Shown here: positions 38,301 to 46,637 of the stretch, in pieces
Layout: each line of letters begins with the position of its first letter
How positions within the stretch are numbered: position 1 is the first letter of the stretch
Sequence record: MN871447.1
Reading direction: 5' to 3' (one strand)
Length of the DNA: 64,000 nucleotides
The notes under the pieces: model-generated
Database searches by the model: none
What the model was told of the DNA's origin: nothing
The model's input: only the letters and a program-made list of their open reading frames with translations
Made by a program: the position numbers and the translations under genes

Positions 38301-38935
38301 GTGGTTATCTCTCCAGAAATGGTGGGCAGTACGCTCAGCTGGCGAACGGGATGACAGGGAAGGCTGGACCAGCCGTTCCGGGTGGGGGAAGTGATGCGGT
38401 CAGTACCAGTGCCCCGAAAGAGACAGAGACAACCCCGCCTGTTGCACCATCGACGGGATCAAACACTATCGTCAGCAATCCGGCGAAAGGTGAGATGCCT
38501 GTCGGTAGTACGACAAGTACGTCTGTCACGACAAGGGGGACCGATACGGTCACGCCGGCAACGACCCGTACCACGGACAGTCGTGACGCTAAAGCATTGG
38601 CTCAGCAGGCAGTACAGCGCGAGAACACTGCGGAAGCTAATCGCATTGCTGTGGCAGCATCCAGAAAACAATCAGCTGAAACGGCGAGTACGACAAGTAC
38701 ATGGGCCGATACGTTGAATGAACAGCTTGAGACGCAGAAATCTATGGACAGTACGTTGAAGTTGATCAAAGGTCTTCTGGAGAAAGGGGTGCCGGTAACC
38801 GGTGGGGAAAATAATTCTTCCCCTAAGACCAATCCTAACAGCAGCGAATTAAGAGGGAAAGATATCAGTACGGGGAGTCGAGGGAAACAACCTTTTGAAC
38901 CGTTCGATACGAGTATCTCGCAGAACTTTCGTTAA
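32342..38935 (+). CDS. Tail tape-measure / virion-associated lytic transglycosylase (phiKZ gp181-like)
   Basis: 2197 aa with an SLT domain (AMVAQESRF...SSAAGLGQFLDGTW...YMAHFLGPGG). Divergent from vRNAP beta' as in phiKZ. Confidence 0.88.
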   Translation: MAKREKIDLDRFDDFDLEDNWGMDKEPQSAKDGSGKREAVKKAGKTVLREMGKTTFTSQMAKTILKEAMPRSFTTTLDNVDKGLIDVRSLYADVRKDAAPMLREMKALGRTVNRLVPTPYQKKIDAFLTRNNGTDKSGSQLAALNIEDAAVLQSLAQVFNQDDDKPKQMSPEELTEKLTDQQYKIKLGTAIASIQNLLAKQTAYQFGAQRAFQKKSMELQIRQLMVSRAHLDVAQKSAVETSNLLRSVVENTALPDVVKQHRSEEFLRMGREKIFGRIQQSMYDWTSNYRNQFKDRAKQAINDRMQKLTMGFSMANDSLEQLEAQRELLASMGVTPEEFLAGAAGNWGALQIGKRIGKRINKSAPSLRRLDGTFQGVNYLFNNKERLASDWGNSGYRYGKWYNPIENFVKDTLRGGYRDEGVVRAGGLGNGEKISTVDERKLSYMEEMSGYLSRILHSIDVLRTGDNNTQRTVFNRQKGIFTSFNESVASTRQALIKDTDINSQRENINRLIENIDNNNRLSPDAKGKISDHLMARARTSKAFNPAALANEKISGLSRDDQRLWQGLMAKRYGLKLNEKSEWSLNPFSSSNVNLNIDAGQYNYASNQTQGIFNRAHALAQTGNLEELISEGAVVFKNGNWEVNPDYYGSRVSGKPSPGNNDSTNPNDMGPHRPRNPPPGTPPITELRRFGQDWTNPNSVNFNLNGNQQNSFGTALAEQTDRILESMKHSQLFWDEQTARIEAQLTALEGCCLNGGGGGGQGGQSGDSGDQGGRRRFSRNWAKRGLRAGIGGIRRGVKGMWDLGGLPLKAAGEIFKRVRRPAFNAAMTIGTFGLNKVLGFGMQAFEKVQDGYIATAQGLKKVIEKEGLAAGRYVDQATGKVIKKLSDVRGAVWDVVNNTQVLTDDEARRGLFNAAGNRIKSSFNKALGAVGSLLNGRFTPYHLLKGAAGGLGKGLFSLFGRLPDIYVLGEMKPRLYASKLANGEYFSMRTGKVIKKLSDIDGDVGVIDPRTRTMTPVLSAEDAAKGLVDKNGRSVRTGLAKLTGMIGNGLRGVGGLLTTPFKILNGLKNGAINLASNGLNAVSGVLNRGLNTGIGFSGGSTSWLKRIYRLLVNQFTGKDPLDGLDAETGSVSGIKNRLTGGFEKLKNRTGSWWQRLQKKKPEETKPEHAEKAAKEGGGWGKLIWAAITGVGAIVGKIATGFGNFWKWIKELPRWISGAKALDAAGDLAGDVAGSGGKRGGLLRRTGNVLKKVGKGALGVAGFLGRGLFSGVGMLARGAAVAAGSLLSAPVLVTAAVAAGVGYLIYKGYQAYKNRMTSLRNYRAAQYGVNPKDSDRAGKVLALEEAVLKNSQISGQGKLKIGSLPFQELLSAFDVEITDQRSVQRWTRWYQMRFVPVFTRNVETLYRMDPKAKITESEFLKPSQRGDFAKATFIASGGKESPYLVSDSPFPNMSSVTGDRFVAGFRDQVIAEFAEAEKKAIASGEKKLVTTSDVKQPKGIELLNKKAQEAQANNANRTVNPTTDLYYSPGDTRKGLTSLTGDKRKDELIEMGNRIDDLTSIRVKLYGLRELLKGDVNALLALETEALKFIRYGDKGVALWTGNSEQFFANWNGQFGINSNNANEKAQWLFWFTKRFLPVFLNFCSESNFIAPNSSPMVAWKKLNASDLLKIANFMNSATTEVNGGKVSVWTIKASPWPNRFSNTDSSVIQSNLDALRLEGKKEVYQEKVKTEAEIAKMTFDGKALRNSSLGNKIADLYSDNRALTADTRGRATGANGVGVYGQRVGSMGTSFERSEAGSSFTDTNLLHSGEGTGGSINDIPDPKGDGWDNVKDSIAAVAKMVGVDAGSLAAMVAQESRFELRAKNGNSSAAGLGQFLDGTWKEILPTLVKKYGVNPNTSQYDPRASLLATAEYMKQNAKIIGDIGRPLTTTDIYMAHFLGPGGARNVLRVPTNTPIQSAMGDNYYKVARANPEIFKNVRTTGDLVASLGGYLSRNGGQYAQLANGMTGKAGPAVPGGGSDAVSTSAPKETETTPPVAPSTGSNTIVSNPAKGEMPVGSTTSTSVTTRGTDTVTPATTRTTDSRDAKALAQQAVQRENTAEANRIAVAASRKQSAETASTTSTWADTLNEQLETQKSMDSTLKLIKGLLEKGVPVTGGENNSSPKTNPNSSELRGKDISTGSRGKQPFEPFDTSISQNFR
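34870..35430 (+). repeat. Tandem ~110-aa domain repeat within the tape-measure protein
   Basis: GRYVDQATGKVIKKLSDVRGAV and GEYFSMRTGKVIKKLSDIDGDV; both DNA copies share atcaagaaactttccga. Confidence 0.7.
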
Positions 38936-38980
38936 CTAAATTGGGGAGAGAAATCTCCCCTTATTTTTAAAGGAACAGAA

Positions 38981-41125
38981 ATGGCGACATTAGATACAGT
39001 AACTGACGATAGCTGGACGCGTCAGGCATTCTTACTTCCTGCCGATGCGGTTGATGATGACGACATTTATTACCGTAACCACTCCAGCGCCTATTTTAAA
39101 TACACCGATACTACGTTGGGCGGAAACTGGGCATTGAATGCACCACCCCAACCCTGTCTCTTTTCAGACCCTGTCTTAGACCGTTATGTTGAAATCGGCG
39201 AGGGCCAAGGTGCGTGGTATTCTGAAAACATTGATGACAACTCAGTTTTACTCCACATGCGATTTGGTGTACCGAACTATAACAGTCTGGCGAGTTTCTT
39301 CGGTAACTTCTACAGCTCCGACGATGCGCGTTTGGTTCGTACTGGACGGGCATCCGGTGTAGGGAATTTAATTGGCCGGGCGATCGGCTGGGCGTTCTCT
39401 GTTCGACTTGTTCCGTTTATCATGACGTTCACCGCCATCAAATGGTTTACCGGAACGGTCAGTACGAAATTCTATTACCTTAAACCGACGATGGGGCTGT
39501 ACTGGAAATATGTCAACGATTTTGCCAACAACATTGCCTCCAACCTTGATCTCGCAGCAAAGCCTACTACGGATTCATGGCTTAAACTTACAGAAGGTGC
39601 GAATTTAAACGGTACCACACCGATGTCTGAATCTGGTGACCCTGGTGTGGAGTCTATCGAACAAGCAACAAAAACAGCGTTTGAGATTGGCGCCAGAGAG
39701 AAGTCGGTTTATGACCAGATGGTACCGGAACTTTTCCGTGCTGACGGTTTAACTGGTATCGATATCTACGCGACAGCGACACGGGCGCAGGCATACGCTA
39801 ACGCGTGGCATGAGGCAATTAATGAAATTGCCGCACAAAACCAGAGTAACGGTAATGGCGTGATGTCAAGTATCTACGCGTGGATGACTGGCGGAGGTGC
39901 AACGGCATCACTGAACAAGGCCAAAAAGAAAACTTACGCGACCACTGAAGAGTTCCTTAACGCTTATCTGAAAGACCCAGACGGACGTCTCACTGAATCA
40001 CCTGCTACGGCGGGGAATGAAGCCAGCAATGCCGAGGTTAACACCGCTCAGCAATCCACGGCGACAACGACCGATGCCAACGGTAATGCGATTAGTCCCG
40101 TGGCTGATAACGGAACTAATGAAGCGCAGAAAGGTGTTATTGAACAAGCGTACGAAAGCGTCAAAGACTATTTCACTGATGAGGTCATTGGTCGTGCTTA
40201 TGCGACCTTTAAAGCGGCGCAGCGCGATGGTTCTCAATGGCTAACCCTTCGAATCGATGGACGTGAGTCGGCCAGTGAATCTTTCTCAAACAGTGTACGC
40301 GAGTCCGATCTCCAGTCGACGATCAACAGCACTTCTTCCAGAGCGGCCAGTATGCGTTTCAGTATGGCAGAAGGGAATTTCCTTGGTATTCCAGGGATGC
40401 AAGAGATCGTTAACACAGTGAAAGACATAGCGGGCGGGATTATGGATTCTCTTCATATCTCGGGTGTTGGCGCTATTGCAGGGAACGCCTTTGTCGATAT
40501 TCCTAAACATTACGACAGTTCTTCTGCGAGTTTTAACCAGATGTCGCTAACGATTCCGTTACGAGCATGGGCGGGAGATAACTTCAACCGTTTCCAATGT
40601 GAAATCCTTCCGCTGATCACAATGTTAGTGGGGGCGTTACCAAGGGCAACGGGGACTGGTTCGTATACAGCACCTTTCATTGGTGAGTTTTATTGCCAGG
40701 GTCGTTGTTCGATTCCTTTGGGGATGATCACGGCCATCGATATTACTCGTGCAACCTCGAATATGCCTTGGACGAAAAACGGGGAATACCTCGGGATTGA
40801 TGTCAGGTTAACGATCACTGACCTTTCGTCAGTGGCGGCCATGAACCTTAACGAGGCATTTGGTCTACGTAACTTTGACCCAACGACATGGAACCGGCTG
40901 CTGTTCCCGCAAGATTCGTCGTTTGAAATGTACACTAACGTATTATCCAGTCTGGGTCTCCATGACCAGATTTACATGTTACCGCGCTTCAAGCGTAACT
41001 GGAACAGGGTAGTGAACAGTTTCGATAGATTCTTCTCGTACTCTAACCTGGCCAACACTATCTTCAGCGGTAATATGGGCGGGCAAATACTTTCTGCGCT
41101 CAGTAAAACTGACCGTGGCTTGTAA
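38981..41125 (+). CDS. Tail/baseplate structural protein (phiKZ gp182-like)
   Basis: KYTDTTLGGNWALNAPPQ, MRFGVPNYNSLASFF and YTAPFIGEFYCQGR motifs; syntenic after the TMP. Confidence 0.7.
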   Translation: MATLDTVTDDSWTRQAFLLPADAVDDDDIYYRNHSSAYFKYTDTTLGGNWALNAPPQPCLFSDPVLDRYVEIGEGQGAWYSENIDDNSVLLHMRFGVPNYNSLASFFGNFYSSDDARLVRTGRASGVGNLIGRAIGWAFSVRLVPFIMTFTAIKWFTGTVSTKFYYLKPTMGLYWKYVNDFANNIASNLDLAAKPTTDSWLKLTEGANLNGTTPMSESGDPGVESIEQATKTAFEIGAREKSVYDQMVPELFRADGLTGIDIYATATRAQAYANAWHEAINEIAAQNQSNGNGVMSSIYAWMTGGGATASLNKAKKKTYATTEEFLNAYLKDPDGRLTESPATAGNEASNAEVNTAQQSTATTTDANGNAISPVADNGTNEAQKGVIEQAYESVKDYFTDEVIGRAYATFKAAQRDGSQWLTLRIDGRESASESFSNSVRESDLQSTINSTSSRAASMRFSMAEGNFLGIPGMQEIVNTVKDIAGGIMDSLHISGVGAIAGNAFVDIPKHYDSSSASFNQMSLTIPLRAWAGDNFNRFQCEILPLITMLVGALPRATGTGSYTAPFIGEFYCQGRCSIPLGMITAIDITRATSNMPWTKNGEYLGIDVRLTITDLSSVAAMNLNEAFGLRNFDPTTWNRLLFPQDSSFEMYTNVLSSLGLHDQIYMLPRFKRNWNRVVNSFDRFFSYSNLANTIFSGNMGGQILSALSKTDRGL

Positions 41126-41167
41126 AAGTAAACAAAAAAAAAAGAGAGGGTTTTCACCCTCTCTTTT

Positions 41168-41971
41168 TTATACTGTTTCTAATTTTAACGTACTCACGGT
41201 ACGTTTTGCTACCCGCGGAGCGAGTCGTTGACAACTCTCGTCTATTGGATTAAACCAGTCCTCTTTCGGCCAACCTTTCTTCACTCGATAAAGTAACGTA
41301 GTATAAGGGATTGCCTTTTCTCTGGCGAGTTCTGCAACAGAGACGTGCTGACCTTCCCACTCAACGTTGATGGTTGCTATTCTCCCTGGTTGCGTTGTGT
41401 ACCGCGTATAGTCAGCGCGTCTTTCAGCGGGTGCCCAGTAACAACTCATTGCATTGAGGGGCTCATCTGTTTTTTCAATCCACAAGAAATCAGTTTCTTC
41501 TCTAGGATAACCTATTTCGTCAAACGCCTTTCTGTACGAAGTCCAATGAACTGGAAGAGTCAACGATTTCCCGCTGCGGTTCTTTATCCTTGAGAAACTT
41601 GCTCTCAATTTTGCGCGGGTCTTCGGGTGTATAATTTCTGGTCGACTCTTTTTAGCTCGGCGTTCCAATACGGTAAGAACACTATCTCCTCGGAATAAAG
41701 AAGATTGTGTTTTCCTGTAATCTAACCGGTACCGTTCAACGATCTCACTTAACGTAAGGACTTCACTCAATACAGGATAAAGTCTTTTCTTGTACCCCAC
41801 TAAATTTACGAAGAGGGGTCCGACATCCTTCATACCGGGAGTTTTTACCAACGCTCTCTTTATTCTCTGGTAAACCGTGATTCTTTTCATACCCGTAATC
41901 CCCACGATTTCCGGGACAGTGCGTTTAACGCCGTTGTAAAGATATACAGGCTGGTTTTTAACAGCAGGCAT
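41168..41971 (-). CDS. HNH-endonuclease-derived DNA-binding protein, active site apparently degenerate
   Basis: W.SY..AF.EIG.P and CYWAP...DYTR frame the HNH region. Three short helix-turn-helix-like units (YNG...V.EI..ITG...TVYQRIKR; WEG...VAELAR...YTTLLYRVKKGW). Confidence 0.6.
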   Translation of the reverse strand: MPAVKNQPVYLYNGVKRTVPEIVGITGMKRITVYQRIKRALVKTPGMKDVGPLFVNLVGYKKRLYPVLSEVLTLSEIVERYRLDYRKTQSSLFRGDSVLTVLERRAKKSRPEIIHPKTRAKLRASFSRIKNRSGKSLTLPVHWTSYRKAFDEIGYPREETDFLWIEKTDEPLNAMSCYWAPAERRADYTRYTTQPGRIATINVEWEGQHVSVAELAREKAIPYTTLLYRVKKGWPKEDWFNPIDESCQRLAPRVAKRTVSTLKLETV

Positions 41972-42029
41972 CTCATCATCCTTATCGAAAAGATATTTTC
42001 TACATCAATAAACGGTGCTGTGTAAATAG

Positions 42030-42060
42030 AGTAGAGAGGGCAATTAAGCCCTCTCTACTG
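42030..42060 (-). terminator. Terminator hairpin
   Basis: gtagagagggc-aattaa-gccctctctac. Confidence 0.75.
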
Positions 42061-42062
42061 TT

Positions 42063-43130
42063 TTATGCAAGTGCGATAAACGTGTATTGTTGTTTTGCTA
42101 ATCCAACCACAGTGTTCTCTGTAAAGTGCTGAACCACTGCAATCTGGTAAGCGTATTCCGGTAATGTATTCAGTACTGTTTTCGCATTGGTGGAAATATT
42201 CCGGAAGACACTCAGACGATGTCCTGTAGGAGTGAACTGCGAAGCATTCCAACGTGGGTCAATGGAGGATAAGACCGAGACTAACTCTGTCGCGTAAGTA
42301 CTGTACTGGTTCGCGTCAATGACTTTACCAAAACGATAGTTCTGGAGAATCTGTTGTACGGCATCAGGGGCTTTCTGTAAGATGTAGACACCGCCTAAAC
42401 TTTCTACCATCGCCTTGACCATTGACAGGTTCCCAGAAGCCAACACCGTCGGTAGACTGTCGCCCATTGCCGCGGTCAGTGTCGGATTAGAGGAATCGCT
42501 ACTGTAGACAGCGGAGACAACGTTAGAGAGTCCGAGAAATGAAGCCTGCTGGAGAATAGAAGATTTCAGTGCCGTCATCGACAGTTTGTCTTCCAAATTC
42601 TGAAAGGTCATATCCGCATTGGCCAATAAGGTATTAACACTACTGATCAGATTATTCGCGTTCAGGATATCTCCGGCAGAGGTCAACTGGGTAACCGCGC
42701 CATTGACATCGCTAAAGGTACTATCGACGGTGCTGTTAATTTCCTGAAGCGTACTGGTAGCACCATTGATAACCTCATCAGAGATCCCTTTGACGGTACT
42801 GATACTTTGACCAATCTCGTTACTCAGCTGACTGGTATATTCGCTGATGTCTTTCTTTACTGCGCTGGCTTGAGTGAGCAGGTCATTCAACGACCCTAAA
42901 TCACTGATAGTGGTGTTTAAAAGATAATTCTTTGTTTCAGCGAGTTTCCCTAAAACCATATTCTTCATGTTACTCAATACGGTTTTCGTTTCCTTTCCGT
43001 AACCATCTACGGCCACCATCGAATCCTTAACACCCGTTGCCACTAATGAGCTTTGGGTTTGCGCGGCAGCCTTAGCAGTTTGCGCTGAGTTACTTAAGGT
43101 CTTAACGTAATTACTGACGCCTAACGCCAT
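42063..43130 (-). CDS. Putative virion structural protein
   Basis: 355 aa, S/T/A/L-rich and helical, GGAGG RBS. Confidence 0.6.
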   Translation of the reverse strand: MALGVSNYVKTLSNSAQTAKAAAQTQSSLVATGVKDSMVAVDGYGKETKTVLSNMKNMVLGKLAETKNYLLNTTISDLGSLNDLLTQASAVKKDISEYTSQLSNEIGQSISTVKGISDEVINGATSTLQEINSTVDSTFSDVNGAVTQLTSAGDILNANNLISSVNTLLANADMTFQNLEDKLSMTALKSSILQQASFLGLSNVVSAVYSSDSSNPTLTAAMGDSLPTVLASGNLSMVKAMVESLGGVYILQKAPDAVQQILQNYRFGKVIDANQYSTYATELVSVLSSIDPRWNASQFTPTGHRLSVFRNISTNAKTVLNTLPEYAYQIAVVQHFTENTVVGLAKQQYTFIALA

Positions 43131-43414
43131 ATGTCCTCCTTACTAAAAATAAAGCGAATCTTCTCCCAAAGGGTTTTTGGTGTCCTGTTACGGTATCGGG
43201 TTAAACCGTGGCTGTAGAAATGACTGGCGGCAATGGCGACGAATTCTATCTTTTCTTCTTTGGTGAAAATGGTGCTAAAAATACGGTTATTCAACTGCTC
43301 TAGAAAATACACTGCATCCGCTTCCGAGTGACGGTCTTCCTTGAAAAAATTTTCAATGTCCTCTTCGATCGTTTTAAGTAAATTTTTTACAGCGGTAGAA
43401 TTTGTTCCGGACAT
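43121..43414 (-). CDS. Hypothetical protein
   Basis: Start probably MSGTNS (43414). The track's ATG at 43453 lies within a terminator+TTTATG promoter-like element. Confidence 0.55.
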   Translation of the reverse strand: MSGTNSTAVKNLLKTIEEDIENFFKEDRHSEADAVYFLEQLNNRIFSTIFTKEEKIEFVAIAASHFYSHGLTRYRNRTPKTLWEKIRFIFSKEDIWR

Positions 43415-43496
43415 AGCGGGAGCGCTCCAAAAAATAAAAGAGTGAAGGTGCATAAAGAAGAGTGGGGTAAAGACCCCACTCTTCTTTTATTCTCGA

Positions 43497-44252
43497 CTAC
43501 TCATCCGGGTCATCAGCAACGTTCAAGAACCGGCCGTCCATTCTGACTTCATGGAATGTAACGACATCGTCCGGGAACGTCAGTTCTAACATCAGATAAA
43601 CACGTAACGGGTCAATGACCTTTAACGCCTTCGTAAAGACCTTAATGGACATATCCGCATTCCGTATCCCACGGTTCAGGTTAGACCGTTCCGTACTCTG
43701 CCGGTTACGTTCAACAAAACCGTTTAACGGGTCATTGACATAACGATTAACACGTTCCGCCCAATCGGCCTCGTCTTTGATGATTTGACGTTTAATGTCA
43801 CTGAACAAACGATGGAGGACATTATACCGTGTTGGGAATTTCTCGTTATGATATTCCGTGTATAGGTCTTCTTCGTCAATCTCGTCGATATGAGAAGTTC
43901 GTGTTCCGTCACGATGTTCGAGGAGAAGAATAAACTTCAGATTAATGGGGCGAATTACTCGCATCCCACGAATGAAGTTATGCAGCGTCATCTCTTGCTT
44001 TGCCAGCTCACGGTTAAGATTACTGCGTTCTGTCGATTTTCCACGGCTCGTCTGTACGACATTGTTCCGTGGATCTTTAACGTATTGCGATAACCGATTA
44101 TTCCAAAATAACGACGAAATGTTCAGGTCATTTCTGACTTCTCTGAACATTAGCGATAACAGGTTCATGGGCCCGGTGTGTTCATTTACACGGTTACGTC
44201 GCAACTCTTCTGCCAAACGAAATCGGGCTGGGATTCCTCGGCTTTTGATCAT
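43497..44252 (-). CDS. Hypothetical protein with an internal two-fold domain repeat
   Basis: STERSNLNR occurs twice, with flanking W..R...YV.DP.N similarity. Confidence 0.7.
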   Translation of the reverse strand: MIKSRGIPARFRLAEELRRNRVNEHTGPMNLLSLMFREVRNDLNISSLFWNNRLSQYVKDPRNNVVQTSRGKSTERSNLNRELAKQEMTLHNFIRGMRVIRPINLKFILLLEHRDGTRTSHIDEIDEEDLYTEYHNEKFPTRYNVLHRLFSDIKRQIIKDEADWAERVNRYVNDPLNGFVERNRQSTERSNLNRGIRNADMSIKVFTKALKVIDPLRVYLMLELTFPDDVVTFHEVRMDGRFLNVADDPDE

Positions 44253-44265
44253 GGAGTAGACCTTT

Positions 44266-44781
44266 TTAACGTTGACTAAAATAACGTAGGTGTACCTCGG
44301 CGATAGACAACATATCACAGTGCACCGTATAGAGAGAAAGAAGCATCCCTTGATATTGATTTTTATTCATCCCTTTTTTCAGTTGGTCGAGCAAAAGCAA
44401 ATGTTCGACAACGGAAGGGATTAACACATCAATAAACGCATAATAATCAGCGCGGCGTTTTTCGTGGTCAACTAACCACTCGTCGAGCTTATAGCGCGTG
44501 AGTGCTTGTTTCAGATTGTAGTTCTCTACAACGGCCTGATGCTCACTAAGGATTTCGTTTATTCGGTTAACGGTATCAGTGAACTCTTTCAATGGTCGGT
44601 AAAGATCTACATACTGTTCTCGGTAAGCTACGTCGTTAGGGACACTTTCACGGAGCTTGGCCATAGCGGTATAGAGGGTTTCAATGTTGTCACGAGTAAC
44701 GGCATATTTCTCTCCTTTGTTGATTAATTTAAGGGCGGGTTTAACAGGGTCTAATTTCTGGCGGCGGAAGAACGAAAGCAC
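44266..44781 (-). CDS. Hypothetical helical protein
   Basis: GTG start with a GGAGGAG RBS. Confidence 0.7.
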   Translation of the reverse strand: MLSFFRRQKLDPVKPALKLINKGEKYAVTRDNIETLYTAMAKLRESVPNDVAYREQYVDLYRPLKEFTDTVNRINEILSEHQAVVENYNLKQALTRYKLDEWLVDHEKRRADYYAFIDVLIPSVVEHLLLLDQLKKGMNKNQYQGMLLSLYTVHCDMLSIAEVHLRYFSQR

Positions 44782-44873
44782 AACTCCTCCTGTTATTGAT
44801 TATGAAATGATTTTACTTTACATAGAAGTGAAGTCAGCATCTTTTTAAACAGATTTAAACCTTTCTCAATAAG

Positions 44874-44882
44874 GTGATATAG
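44874..44882 (-). promoter_or_regulatory. Putative early promoter (CTATATCAC)
   Basis: CTATATCACCTTATTG versus CTATATCACTCTATTG at 20304. Confidence 0.5.
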
Positions 44883-44906
44883 TCTTGAAAAATAATGGAG
44901 TTTAAC

Positions 44907-45422
44907 ATGGCCGCGTATGAGCAAGTCGAAGAGTTTGAACCTATCCCGGAAGAAAAAGAAGGTGAAGTCCTGAGCGCCAGACCTGCCGACGGAATGCCGC
45001 AAGACAGCGATGATCGTTTGGATTTTACCCAGAATGTCCGTGCGTTGATTGTCAATGAGATTATCAAAGGCGGGAAGGTTCCAGTTAATGACAAAGACCA
45101 GATGAGCATCCTGAAAGATGCGTTAGATGGTATTGACCGTCAGGAACTAGGCAAGAAGAAAATCTCAGCCAAGAAAGAAGAGACCGCCGCAAACATTAAT
45201 AACGTGGCTAAAATGCTGGAACGCTTCAGTATGGAAGTGAGTCGTAGCACCAACGGGGCCCCGATGGAAAAAATGTTGGCAGAGAAACCGAAACGCGACC
45301 CTTCCGTTTTCAATCGTGACGTCAGGGCTCAGTTCCCTGATATCAATGAATCAGAACTGGAACTGACGCGCCGGGAAGAAAGCAGTGAAGAATTCTTCGA
45401 ACGGATGAAAGAAGATGAATAA
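44907..45422 (+). CDS. Acidic hypothetical protein
   Basis: MAAYEQVEEF start after a GGAG RBS, followed by a bidirectional terminator. Confidence 0.65.
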   Translation: MAAYEQVEEFEPIPEEKEGEVLSARPADGMPQDSDDRLDFTQNVRALIVNEIIKGGKVPVNDKDQMSILKDALDGIDRQELGKKKISAKKEETAANINNVAKMLERFSMEVSRSTNGAPMEKMLAEKPKRDPSVFNRDVRAQFPDINESELELTRREESSEEFFERMKEDE

Positions 45423-45460
45423 CGCATAAGACAGAGAGGGGAATCCCTCTCTGTCTATAA

Positions 45461-46162
45461 TCAAAAGGGGGCATTGAAATATTCAACACTGATAAACCTG
45501 ATCGTCCAGGAAGGGGAGACATATTGTTCAGACAATTGGTGAACGTCATCAAGAAGATCTTTAAAATACGCAAAATCTTCAACGTTCGGTTTGGTCTGGA
45601 ATAACGCTGGACCAATCAATTCTGTATTAAGAAGATTGACCGACTCCTGTGTCTCGATATGCTCCTCCAGCCAGCCAATAATATCGTAATGAATAAAATG
45701 CGTAAAATCACTGGCTACAGATTGCGGGGTCAGTTGTTTATCGCTTTTTCTCACCCAATCTATTTTGGTCTGCGGGTGAAGGAACGTTTTGATGGCCTTG
45801 GACAATGACTCCCTGACGTTATTGGTGAGTCGATACGGGTATTCGTTTACCGTTACGGAAACGTTGAGGTCTGTAGGCGAGATACGTGGACCTTGCTCCG
45901 ACCCTTCAATAATTTCCTTAATGACCCCGATCAATTTCGATCTGACCGATTTCTTCAGGATCTCGGAATCACGTCCCCGATAAGCCTTTCTCCATGCCTC
46001 TTCGGTAATACCCAGACCTTCCCAAATCACCCAATCACCACGGCGCCGGCCATAACCCTTGGCGATCATGTTAACGGCCTTGTCAAAATTAAGACTCAAT
46101 GCCACCGACATCCGGGTGTCGAGTAGATCGTCTAATCTGAGATGGATACGTAGTGGTCTCAT
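45461..46162 (-). CDS. HAD-fold-like hypothetical protein
   Basis: N-terminal IHLRLDDLLDTR resembles HAD motif I. Confidence 0.4.
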   Translation of the reverse strand: MRPLRIHLRLDDLLDTRMSVALSLNFDKAVNMIAKGYGRRRGDWVIWEGLGITEEAWRKAYRGRDSEILKKSVRSKLIGVIKEIIEGSEQGPRISPTDLNVSVTVNEYPYRLTNNVRESLSKAIKTFLHPQTKIDWVRKSDKQLTPQSVASDFTHFIHYDIIGWLEEHIETQESVNLLNTELIGPALFQTKPNVEDFAYFKDLLDDVHQLSEQYVSPSWTIRFISVEYFNAPF

Positions 46163-46635
46163 CCCTGTTCACCCAGTTCAGTGAAACTCGGGTAAACAAA
46201 CCCAAGGGACATCAAGGGAATGATCCACGTGTTCGCCTCGTAGAGCGAGAGGATTTCGTTAAACTTCACAGTCCACATCTGAGCGTCATTAGGGACAACA
46301 GAAAGGTCTTGTATTTCTGACTGCGTCGGTCGATTCGCTGACGCGTTAGCAAACGAGTCAATGATCTGACTGAGTTCTTTACGCGTGAATGGGCTCAATG
46401 CAAAGAACCGTAAACCAAATACGTAGTTAACCAGTATATCTCGGGAATGAATCTCATTTTGAACCGAGATTAACTGATCACGGGTAACCAGTAACGGTTG
46501 CGCAGTTACGGAATAATATTGCGATACAAACCCGGTAAAGACATCAATGTCAGTTGGGTCTTTCAGGTCGTTCTTAAAAGCCAGTGTGAACTGATGTGCC
46601 TGGCCAGAGAGAATTTCAATTTCTTCTTTGATCAT
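46159..46635 (-). CDS. Hypothetical protein
   Basis: 158 aa, translationally coupled to its neighbours. Confidence 0.6.
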   Translation of the reverse strand: MIKEEIEILSGQAHQFTLAFKNDLKDPTDIDVFTGFVSQYYSVTAQPLLVTRDQLISVQNEIHSRDILVNYVFGLRFFALSPFTRKELSQIIDSFANASANRPTQSEIQDLSVVPNDAQMWTVKFNEILSLYEANTWIIPLMSLGFVYPSFTELGEQG

Positions 46636-46637
46636 GG

